The position numbers were made by a program, and so were the translations under genes. The notes under the pieces are model-generated. The model was not told the origin of the DNA. It searched no databases and saw only the letters and a program-made list of their open reading frames with translations. Below, one piece after another: positions 17,418 to 24,645 of a stretch of 28,396 bases of DNA (position 1 is the stretch's first letter; every line of letters starts with the position of its first letter). The stretch is from a virus (taxonomy: Duplodnaviria > Caudoviricetes): IMG/VR virus record IMGVR_UViG_3300043220_000068, positions 1 through 28,396 of that record. One strand, 5' to 3'.

Positions 17418-17876
17418 TTAGCTGCTGACTACGTCAGCGGTCAGGCCATCGGCGGCCCGCTTCGCGCCGCCACGGAGGTAGACCACGACAGCCTCGTCGT
17501 CCGTGTGATGGCACGTCACCTTGGCGCTGACGTAGCGAAGTTCGCCCGTCGTAGACGTGCTCTCCTGGGCCAGCTCTTTGTCCGTACATTCCAGGACGAG
17601 GAAGTCGCCTACCGCATCGGGAGCGCTGCCGACCGCATGAGACTTGATCACAGCATCCGTGCCCGCCCCGGTCGACGACGAGCTGGCCTGAATCGTAAAG
17701 GCCGTCGGACCGTTTCCACCAAGAGCCGAGGTGAAGAGGAGCACTGCAAAATTCTCGTAGTCGCGCATGTCTACCCACGCGATGTCGGTGGCCACGGTGG
17801 AATTTGCGGGGTCGTGATCGTAGGCGTAGAGTGCCAAATTAGCGAAGAGCTTATCGCTTGCTTGTGGGGATGCCAT
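17418..17876 (-). CDS. putative capsid decoration/cement protein, 152 aa
   Basis: First gene after the capsid gene; WVDMRDYE...FTIQASS...LRYVSAKVT jelly-roll-like pattern; AGGAGG RBS. Confidence 0.6.
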   Translation of the reverse strand: MASPQASDKLFANLALYAYDHDPANSTVATDIAWVDMRDYENFAVLLFTSALGGNGPTAFTIQASSSSTGAGTDAVIKSHAVGSAPDAVGDFLVLECTDKELAQESTSTTGELRYVSAKVTCHHTDDEAVVVYLRGGAKRAADGLTADVVSS

Positions 17877-17903
17877 AGGCTCACCCCTCCTTTCCGTACT
17901 GGA

Positions 17904-19244
17904 TTAAGTTCGAGATTGCAGCCGGACAAACGGCGAAAGCGTTGTGGTCGACACGCGCGGAGTCAACGCCGATCGCCACCAGGAACGGCCATCGTTTTCG
18001 AGCCAGAATTTGAACGTCCGCTCGTGGTTGATGAAGCGCACGTGAATCGACTCGGCCTGCTGCGCCGTGGTCAACGTCCCTTCGAGGTATTGCGACCAGT
18101 TGCCCAACAGAAGATCACCGTTTGTTCCAAGCGTCTGGGCAAATTCGCTCATGTGCAGGGGACGGCCCAAAAGCAGGTCGGGGTGGTCCTCACGCGCCGA
18201 TGGCTGCCAGATCGGTACGCCACCGGTGCCCACGGCAATTGTCAACGTCATCAACTGGGGCAACGTATCGTGATTGGCCAGCCACACGGCCCCGCCGTAC
18301 CGCCAGCACCGCGCCCGCATCTTGACGATGTTTTCGTAGACGATCGTAGTCGCGGCCTGGCCCGTCTCTTTGCCCTGAGTAATCAGGCAGGGCGCGTTGT
18401 TTACGCCCTCGAACATGCCGGCACCCGTGCCGCCCAGCCGCTCGGACAACAGTTTGGCGCCAAACTCATCGCTGAAGCCGGCCTCCAAGAGAGCGATGAA
18501 GGACATCGGAGAACGCTGGAGCAATTCTTCGGTAGCGTAAGCGATGCCGAACAGGCTGGTCGCCGTGAGCTTGACTTGCTCGAATTCCATCCGGGACGAG
18601 GTGACCGTGTCGGCCTCAGCACGGCGGTAAACCCGAAGGCCACCGGAGACGCTGGACGAATGGTTTTTGTCGACCCGAGCCGGGATTTCGAGCACGGCCG
18701 ATTCCATCGGCACCTTGGTCGTCAGGTTTGCGATCGGGTCCGCCTCGGAGGGCAGCGAGAGAAGGTTGGGCGAGAACGCCTTGGGGATCAGAAACCCACC
18801 GTAGGGATCAGCAAACGTGGATTGTTCGTCGGAACCGACAGCCGCCTGGTAGCGGAGCCGCGGGTCGTCGCACGTGCCGGTCCGGGCGGCATCGAGCACG
18901 CCGGTAAGAAATTCGGCCGGATCGCTAAACCCCTTCTTGGGGTCCTTCTCCCACGCGGGCTTCGGATCGAGCTCACCCGCCCGGAGACCCTTATGGGCAG
19001 CCTGCTCCTTGGGATTGAGTTGGTTGCCATCGGCGACCGGCTGGAGATTGCGCTCGTACTCCTGGAGTTTCTTTTCGCGAGCGACGTCTGCCGCATTGGC
19101 CTCCAGGTCCGCCTCGTGCTTCCTGTATGTAGCGTTTTCCTCTTCGGAAAAGCTCCGCTCCTCTCCGGATGCCTTGTCGCTCAGCTCCCGCATCGTGGCG
19201 GTGAGAGCCGCCCGGCGGTCCAGTAGTTTCTTCAGGTCTGCCAT
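17904..19244 (-). CDS. major capsid protein, HK97 fold, with N-terminal coiled-coil delta domain
   Basis: GGFLIP, TEELLQRS, GTGAGMFEGV, LLGRPL, GDLLLGNWSQY, SIHVRF...TFKF...DG, SPFVRL. Confidence 0.95.
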   Translation of the reverse strand: MADLKKLLDRRAALTATMRELSDKASGEERSFSEEENATYRKHEADLEANAADVAREKKLQEYERNLQPVADGNQLNPKEQAAHKGLRAGELDPKPAWEKDPKKGFSDPAEFLTGVLDAARTGTCDDPRLRYQAAVGSDEQSTFADPYGGFLIPKAFSPNLLSLPSEADPIANLTTKVPMESAVLEIPARVDKNHSSSVSGGLRVYRRAEADTVTSSRMEFEQVKLTATSLFGIAYATEELLQRSPMSFIALLEAGFSDEFGAKLLSERLGGTGAGMFEGVNNAPCLITQGKETGQAATTIVYENIVKMRARCWRYGGAVWLANHDTLPQLMTLTIAVGTGGVPIWQPSAREDHPDLLLGRPLHMSEFAQTLGTNGDLLLGNWSQYLEGTLTTAQQAESIHVRFINHERTFKFWLENDGRSWWRSALTPRVSTTTLSPFVRLQSRT

Positions 19245-19314
19245 GGAGTCCTCCGCAGCAAGCAGGTTGCGATTTGCGTCGCAGCCCAGCTACCGCGGGA
19301 CTCACGGCAAAAGA

Positions 19315-19365
19315 AAAAGGCGGCAGTCTGTAGCCGAGAGATTCGGCTAGAGGCTACCGCCTTTT
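19315..19365 (-). promoter_or_regulatory. long hairpin followed by a U-rich tract in the capsid gene leader (terminator/attenuator-like)
   Basis: Arms 19315-19337 and 19343-19365 (23 bp with one G-U and two mismatches on the minus strand), 5-nt loop, ending in UUUUUCUUUU. Confidence 0.55.
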
Positions 19366-19447
19366 ACGATTTCAGATAGATTGTCGGCCCCGCCTGGCTA
19401 CCGCCCGGCAAGGCTCTAATATCAGGTTAGCAAGTCAGGAGGATTTG

Positions 19448-19708
19448 TCAAGGGGGTGGTTTGTCGTACTCTATCATGGGCGACGGCTGAATGGGCAGTT
19501 TATCGCCACGGGGCACCTCGTCAAATGACGGGTGCGAGACAACCACGCCAAACATGCGGCGGCTCCCGTCCCAGTATCCGCCCACAACCTCCGCGTCGGA
19601 CGGTAGGTTGTTTTTCACGACCCGGTACGAACCTATCCCCATATGGGCTACAAGTTCCGGCGTCACCTCAAGAACGCGACATCGTCGCAATGCCTGCTCA
19701 ACAATCAC
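19448..19708 (-). CDS. hypothetical protein, 86 aa
   Basis: GTGA overlap with the protease stop; LP.DA.VV...SHPSFDEVPRG motif seen in small phage proteins. Confidence 0.65.
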   Translation of the reverse strand: MIVEQALRRCRVLEVTPELVAHMGIGSYRVVKNNLPSDAEVVGGYWDGSRRMFGVVVSHPSFDEVPRGDKLPIQPSPMIEYDKPPP

Positions 19709-20739
19709 GACTTCCCCCCCAACTCTAGTTCCCTCAGCTCCGCATCCCGCGCCGCCGCTTCGGCCCTGGCCGTCGCACGGGCCCCCAGGCGCCGCTGCAT
19801 GCGTTGGATCGTCTGGTCCAGCGTGGCCACCCGGTCGGCCATACCGGCCGCCACGGCCTCCTTGGGGCGTACCATGCGGCCCTGGCCGAAGTTCTTCTGA
19901 ACGTGGTTGACGGTGACACCGCGGTGCTTGGCGACGGCGGCCTCGAAGACGCCGTTATGGTGATCGACCATCCGTTGAATCTCCTCCCGGGCCTCATCGC
20001 TCAGCGGTGCGTAGGGGCTCCGCTCCGTCTTGTATGCACCAGCGGAAATCACGGTCCTCTTGACGCCATCCTGCTCCAGCATGCCCGAAACATCGGTGTG
20101 TACCGCCATGACGCCGACCGACCCAACCTCGCCGCTGGGCGTCACAACCAGCTCATCAAACGCCGTGCCGGTGAAAAACGCCCCCGACGCCGCCCAGGTA
20201 TTGGCCACACCCACCACAGGCTTCCGGCCCCGCGACTGGAAGATATGCTCCGACAGCTCCGGCGTGCCCGACACTTCCCCCCCGGGGCTGTCGATGTCCA
20301 CCACGATCCCGCCGATACCGGGGTTTTCCATCAAAGCGTCAAACGCCTCGGCAAACTTCTCCGTCGACGTGCCGCCGAAAAACGCCGTGAGGAGCCCGGC
20401 CCGTTGCGTGATCGGGCCAAGCAACCGCATGACGGCCACCGCCTTTGCCGCCCGACGCATCCCCGGCATAGCGGCAAGACGTTCCACCTCCTTTTCGACT
20501 ATTTCGGCAATCGTCTGATCGCCAAGTGCCGATTGTCTCCGCAAGTCAAAACCAGCCTCGGGTCCATCCTCACCGAAAAAAAATACTGCGCACGGCCCCG
20601 TCCGTTTCTCGATTTCCTCGGCCGACATATCCGACACGATCAGCGTGTTCAAATAGCCTTGCATCCGCTCAGCGTGGATCGCCCACGGGTCGCCGTGCAT
20701 TCCGAGTAAGTAAGCCGCCGCGTTGTGTTCAGTTTTCAT
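19705..20739 (-). CDS. prohead protease, S49 (SppA/lambda gpC-like) family
   Basis: VVDIDSPGGEV, KPVV...AASGAF (catalytic Ser), GEVGSVGV, SAGAYKTE (Lys), GMADRVATLD. Confidence 0.93.
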   Translation of the reverse strand: MKTEHNAAAYLLGMHGDPWAIHAERMQGYLNTLIVSDMSAEEIEKRTGPCAVFFFGEDGPEAGFDLRRQSALGDQTIAEIVEKEVERLAAMPGMRRAAKAVAVMRLLGPITQRAGLLTAFFGGTSTEKFAEAFDALMENPGIGGIVVDIDSPGGEVSGTPELSEHIFQSRGRKPVVGVANTWAASGAFFTGTAFDELVVTPSGEVGSVGVMAVHTDVSGMLEQDGVKRTVISAGAYKTERSPYAPLSDEAREEIQRMVDHHNGVFEAAVAKHRGVTVNHVQKNFGQGRMVRPKEAVAAGMADRVATLDQTIQRMQRRLGARATARAEAAARDAELRELELGGKS

Positions 20740-22567
20740 GGCGTATCGCCTCCGTTAAAAGTTCTGCCAACTGCCCCGCCCGTTTTTCCTTCCACTTTTT
20801 CAGCACGGCCAGCGGGTCACCCGCGCCGAGTGTCTTGGTCGCCTGTTCGGCCACCGTCGCGGCCACGGCCTGGGGCGTCACGTCGCTTTCGGCGGCGCTG
20901 AGGATCGGGGCCACGGCCGCTTCGATGTAGTCGGCGTGCCGGCCGCCCCAATAGGCGTTCACCCACTCGGCGAACTTTTCCGCGTCGTCGCCGGCCTTAT
21001 TGATCGCGCGGGCCAAGTCTCGGAGCTCGGCCTTGGCGATTCGGGTGGCGGCGTCGGAGGTCCAGCCGAAGAGCACAAGCGTCCGCTCGACTCCGGGCTC
21101 ACTTGGTACACCAGCGTCGTCAGGTTTATCCTCGGCCACAACAACCACTGGCGCCACTTCCACAACGTCGACGGGACCCCCCTCGACATCGGTAGTTGCC
21201 GTCCCGGTAACCGTATCCACCGACCACGTAAGCCCGCGGTCCTCAACCTCCCGCAATGCCGCCTCAAACGCCACGGTCTTGGCCGTCGCATTCTCTTCCG
21301 CGTCGTCCGACGAAGACTGTCCCCGTGGCATCACCGCAACCGCCGGGCTATCCGCCGGGACCAGGTTCGACGCCCGGAAATACGTCTCGCCGTCCTCGCG
21401 CGGGTTGCGGTCCTCAAGTTCGAGCACGTCGTTCGCGTTGTAGACGCCAATCTCCATCATCGTCTTGTACCACTCTTTTCGAGCCTGGGTATCTGCCCGA
21501 AGAATCCCCTCGAATCCGAACTTCGGAAAGAACTGATCGGGCTCCGCGATCAGGTCGCGGCTCATCGCCTGCTCCCAGCGGACAACCCAGGGCAGCATGG
21601 AGTGCTTGGCAAAATCGAGATCAGTCTGCTCAACGTTCGCGTAGAGGTGGCCGTGCTCGATGGCGCTGAAGATCATGTGGGGCGACACTCGGAAGAGCCG
21701 GGCAATCTCCACAATCGAGAACCGCTTATTTTCGAGTAGCTGGCTGTCTTCGGCAGACATCCCCATCTGTTGCCAAGTCATCCCGTTTTCCAGAATGGCA
21801 GCCGAGTAAAGGTCCGCGCCCGAGTGGGCATCTCGCCACGACTTCTTCAGCCTCGCGTGGGCCCCCTCATCTTTGATCGTCTGTCCTTCGGGCAGCGTCA
21901 ACACTCCGCCCGGCTTGGCCATGTTGGCGAAGAACGAGACGCTGTGATCCTCCATCTGCTGAGACAACGCGATCGCATTGCGCGCCGCGGCTATCGGGCT
22001 GATCCCCACCATGCCATCGATCGAGAACCCGCGGATGTGCAAAATCTCATCCTGGGTGTACCGTTCCTCTGGCCCATTGAGCGGCGTGTACAGATACCCA
22101 AGCTTTCCGTTGCCCAAGCGGAAAACTTTCATCCGGTCCGGGTGCTTGGGAATCAGCTCCGATGCGAACCCGAGCGAGCCGGGGAAGATCGCCGCGTAGG
22201 CGTTGCCACGGAGCACAACGTGCCCCTGCATCATCTCCCGGAATTCCATGCCGGTCTGCCACTTGTTGGGCACCCGCATCAACTGGTTGAGCGAGTGATC
22301 TGACGCCTTGCGGGCTGCCATCCGCTCAGAGCCGGGCCAGGCCGGCTCGCCCGAGCGGAAGACGTGGAACGGCATCGCGCCGAACGTCTCCGAGAGAACA
22401 CGAACGCACGCATACACGGCCACCGTCTGCATCGACTGATCGGCCGACGGCCTGTCCCGAGACATCGGAAACACGATATTCGTCGGACCGTACCAATAGT
22501 CATCGGCCGGGCCGGGTACGCCGGACGCCATCAGGGCCAGGCCGGTCATTAGGGATTCAAGAATCAT
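20729..22567 (-). CDS. portal protein, HK97 family, with C-terminal extension, 612 aa
   Basis: AVYACVRVLSE, PNKWQT..EF, LRGNAY, EILHIRG...GISPI, ILENGM.W, EIARLFRV.PHM. Confidence 0.95.
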   Translation of the reverse strand: MILESLMTGLALMASGVPGPADDYWYGPTNIVFPMSRDRPSADQSMQTVAVYACVRVLSETFGAMPFHVFRSGEPAWPGSERMAARKASDHSLNQLMRVPNKWQTGMEFREMMQGHVVLRGNAYAAIFPGSLGFASELIPKHPDRMKVFRLGNGKLGYLYTPLNGPEERYTQDEILHIRGFSIDGMVGISPIAAARNAIALSQQMEDHSVSFFANMAKPGGVLTLPEGQTIKDEGAHARLKKSWRDAHSGADLYSAAILENGMTWQQMGMSAEDSQLLENKRFSIVEIARLFRVSPHMIFSAIEHGHLYANVEQTDLDFAKHSMLPWVVRWEQAMSRDLIAEPDQFFPKFGFEGILRADTQARKEWYKTMMEIGVYNANDVLELEDRNPREDGETYFRASNLVPADSPAVAVMPRGQSSSDDAEENATAKTVAFEAALREVEDRGLTWSVDTVTGTATTDVEGGPVDVVEVAPVVVVAEDKPDDAGVPSEPGVERTLVLFGWTSDAATRIAKAELRDLARAINKAGDDAEKFAEWVNAYWGGRHADYIEAAVAPILSAAESDVTPQAVAATVAEQATKTLGAGDPLAVLKKWKEKRAGQLAELLTEAIRHEN

Positions 22568-22748
22568 GGTTGCCCTCCATTCCGTTCCGCCTTAATTTGG
22601 ACCTAAACAGCTCAGCATCCTGCACTGCCGAAGCATAGCTGGAATGGGCCGACGCATCGCAAAGCATCTCCCGCGGTATCCCAAACCGCCGGGCAACATC
22701 GTCCATCGTCAACAACACGGGCTTTTCAAGGCGGTCAACGTTGTTCAT
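22557..22748 (-). CDS. 63-aa minigene resembling an internal portal segment (alternatively an HTH)
   Basis: TMDDVARRFGIPREML...HSSYASAVQDAELF aligns by eye with portal SIVEIARLFRVSPHMI...HGHLYANVEQTDLDF; GGAGGGG RBS. Confidence 0.6.
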   Translation of the reverse strand: MNNVDRLEKPVLLTMDDVARRFGIPREMLCDASAHSSYASAVQDAELFRSKLRRNGMEGNHDS

Positions 22749-22914
22749 CCGCCCCTCCCCTTGTGTTCACGAAAGGTCTGCTCATCACCTCACGACAACC
22801 ACACGGCTGGTAGGAATACACGTCCGGCTCGCCCCTTCCCGACTCAACGTCCGCCTGCGTCAGGGGATTACCACATACCGGACAATAACCCAGTGATGGC
22901 GTGTCGCAACTCAT
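22735..22914 (-). CDS. 59-aa zinc-ribbon-like protein (below the ORF-track cutoff)
   Basis: Hand translation MSCDTPSLGYCPVCGNPLTQADVESGRGEPDVYSYQPCGCREVMSRPFVNTRGGADEQR*; ATGA overlap with the upstream stop; GGAGG RBS. Confidence 0.6.
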   Translation of the reverse strand: MSCDTPSLGYCPVCGNPLTQADVESGRGEPDVYSYQPCGCREVMSRPFVNTRGGADEQR

Positions 22915-23102
22915 CCGCCCCTCCTTCTCTCATCTGCCCTGTGCCTCGCCCCATGCGCGGCGACACCCGCCACGATTAGCAACATCCCGACGCCCACAAG
23001 CCCGGCCTGCCATGACGCAAACCACAGCCCGGCAAGCCCGACCGCGACGCCAGCGCAAAAGAGAATCTCGGGGACGGCCCGGATTAGGATTGTTAGGTTC
23101 AT
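22911..23102 (-). CDS. small two-TM membrane protein of the kind often found just upstream of HK97-type portals, about 63 aa
   Basis: MNLTILIRAVPEILFCAGVAVGLAGLWFASWQAGLVGVGMLLIVAGVAA followed by a basic tail. Confidence 0.7.
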   Translation of the reverse strand: MNLTILIRAVPEILFCAGVAVGLAGLWFASWQAGLVGVGMLLIVAGVAAHGARHRADERRRGG

Positions 23103-23106
23103 GGGT

Positions 23107-23487
23107 TTAGGCAATCCGTTTGTCTGAGGTAAGGCTGGCGCGTTCCATTGCTGCGCCGAAGTCTTCGTAGAGGGCAACCGTAAACCGTTGTCCATCGACG
23201 CTGCTCACAAAACGGCCCCGGCGGGCGGGGTAAAACCCGATTCGTACCTCTAGCTCCTGTTCACCAGCGGGGGTCGCCCGCATAAAGCTCGCGGTGACCT
23301 CGCCGCGGGGGTAGCCGCGAAAACGATCGTGGTTTTTTCCGGCCATAGACAGTTTGCCCGCGAAGGCCAGGGCTGCCCCGCTCCAGGGAATTCGGTATAC
23401 TTCCGTCCATTCCTGATAGGACAGCCGCGATCCAAACACACCCGCAAACAGCCCCGCAATCCACATCATCCACGTTCGTCTGCTCAT
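23107..23487 (-). CDS. twin-arginine-leader protein, copy 2, 126 aa
   Basis: MSRRTWMMWIAGLFAG leader; shares WTEVY and DFG..MERA.LT.DKRIA with copy 1. Confidence 0.7.
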   Translation of the reverse strand: MSRRTWMMWIAGLFAGVFGSRLSYQEWTEVYRIPWSGAALAFAGKLSMAGKNHDRFRGYPRGEVTASFMRATPAGEQELEVRIGFYPARRGRFVSSVDGQRFTVALYEDFGAAMERASLTSDKRIA

Positions 23488-23490
23488 CGG

Positions 23491-23967
23491 TCAGGCAATC
23501 CTTTTATCCGGAGTAAGGCCGGCGCGTTCCATCATGCCGCCGAAATCCGCGACGGGATACAGCCGATATTTATCAAACGCGGGATCAAGCGGCGGACTGT
23601 TCTCGCCGGCGTCAACAAACCCATATCCACCACGTCGGGGGACAAACGACACGACAAGTCGCCACTCGCCACCCACTTGGTACCAAGCCACTTCTGCACA
23701 CAGGACCACATTGCCCCAGTAAAGACGAAAGGGGCGGTCATTCGTTCGGCCTGCCATCTGAAAGACCAAAGTGAGCAGCGAAATATGACCGAACTGTCCA
23801 GGCATCGCGTAGACTTCCGTCCACGGCTCCCCCGCCAGGCCCTTCGCCCTTGGCCTTGGTTCCGCTTTCGGTCCGGGCAGGGGCAGATCGCTCTCTAGCT
23901 GCTGTGCGGCCCCGCCCCCAGCCAACAGCCCCGCAATCCACGCTCCGAATGTTCGTCGGGTTATCAT
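23491..23967 (-). CDS. twin-arginine-leader protein, copy 1, about 158 aa
   Basis: ATG 23967 with GGAG RBS; MITRRTFGAWIAGLLAGGGAA matches the (S/T)RRxF Tat consensus followed by a hydrophobic stretch. Confidence 0.7.
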   Translation of the reverse strand: MITRRTFGAWIAGLLAGGGAAQQLESDLPLPGPKAEPRPRAKGLAGEPWTEVYAMPGQFGHISLLTLVFQMAGRTNDRPFRLYWGNVVLCAEVAWYQVGGEWRLVVSFVPRRGGYGFVDAGENSPPLDPAFDKYRLYPVADFGGMMERAGLTPDKRIA

Positions 23968-23968
23968 G

Positions 23969-24196
23969 TCAACTCCAAACCGATGGCCCCGGAGCCGGAT
24001 AAACAAAGATTACATAGCCCTTGTCAGCCGAACACTGAGAGCGCGCATAATCGACGGTTGCAAAAGGCTTGTCCGGGGCACGGCCATACCCGTCCGCATC
24101 AACTCCCGTGTGTTCATTGACATACCAAGGGGGCCTGGTCGGCAGTGGTCGCCGGGGAAGCGGGTGGAATAGACGGGGAGTGGCCGTGCTCATCAT
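23969..24196 (-). CDS. 75-aa minigene: stand-alone beta-helix N-cap (DUF1565-like motif)
   Basis: ATG 24196 overlaps the upstream stop; WYVNEHTGVDADGYGRAPDKPFATVDYARSQCSADKGYVIFVYP aligns with the N-termini of the 15146 and 16126 proteins. Confidence 0.7.
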   Translation of the reverse strand: MMSTATPRLFHPLPRRPLPTRPPWYVNEHTGVDADGYGRAPDKPFATVDYARSQCSADKGYVIFVYPAPGPSVWS

Positions 24197-24372
24197 GTCA
24201 CACCCTTCCCGCCCATGTTGGCGAACACCGCCACCTTCAGGAGTTCCCACGCCTGGGCCTCCGTAAACTCCTCTTTCAATCCGCTGTAGAGACTTTTCCA
24301 AATCTTGGGCATCGACTCTCCCATCTCCGCCATGCCCTGATCCAACTCCGCGCGCCGCTTGTCGTCTAGCAT
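24193..24372 (-). CDS. 59-aa helical hypothetical protein (below the ORF-track cutoff)
   Basis: Hand translation MLDDKRRAELDQGMAEMGESMPKIWKSLYSGLKEEFTEAQAWELLKVAVFANMGGKGVT*; GAGG RBS; ATGA coupling to the next gene. Confidence 0.7.
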   Translation of the reverse strand: MLDDKRRAELDQGMAEMGESMPKIWKSLYSGLKEEFTEAQAWELLKVAVFANMGGKGVT

Positions 24373-24384
24373 TAGTGTCCTCGT

Positions 24385-24645
24385 TCATGTCAGTATCGGG
24401 AAATCAATATCATCGCCCAACAGCACCTCGGCCAGATGCCGAATCATCTTGCTCCTCAACTCCGCCACCAACGGCGACGGGCAAAAACTCCCTCGCACCT
24501 CAGACAGGTTGAGCAGTTGCGTAAAACATTGGGCAGCTTCTTCCCTGTCTATGGCCAACTCCAGCGGACCACGCGGTTGCTCTGCCTCTTCCTTCGGGTA
24601 CAACATGCCGGAAGGTGACTGTTGAAATTCGTTGCCTGTGCTCAT
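24385..24645 (-). CDS. hypothetical protein, about 86 aa
   Basis: ATG 24645 overlaps the TerL stop (ATGA); starts MSTGNEFQQSPSGMLYPK. Confidence 0.65.
   Translation of the reverse strand: MSTGNEFQQSPSGMLYPKEEAEQPRGPLELAIDREEAAQCFTQLLNLSEVRGSFCPSPLVAELRSKMIRHLAEVLLGDDIDFPILT

Noticed and set aside
17277-19226. 649-aa plus-strand ORF and other long antisense ORFs (for example 19804..20709, 20936..21739, 26244..27062)
   Set aside because: Antisense shadows of well-supported minus-strand genes in high-GC DNA; no recognisable motifs.
19705-20739. S49 protease paired with HK97-type portal and capsid as a novelty
   Set aside because: This combination is common in tailed phages.
22911-23102. Holin call for the small two-TM protein
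   Set aside because: No endolysin or spanin is nearby, and such membrane minigenes are routinely found just before HK97-type portals; left as unknown function.
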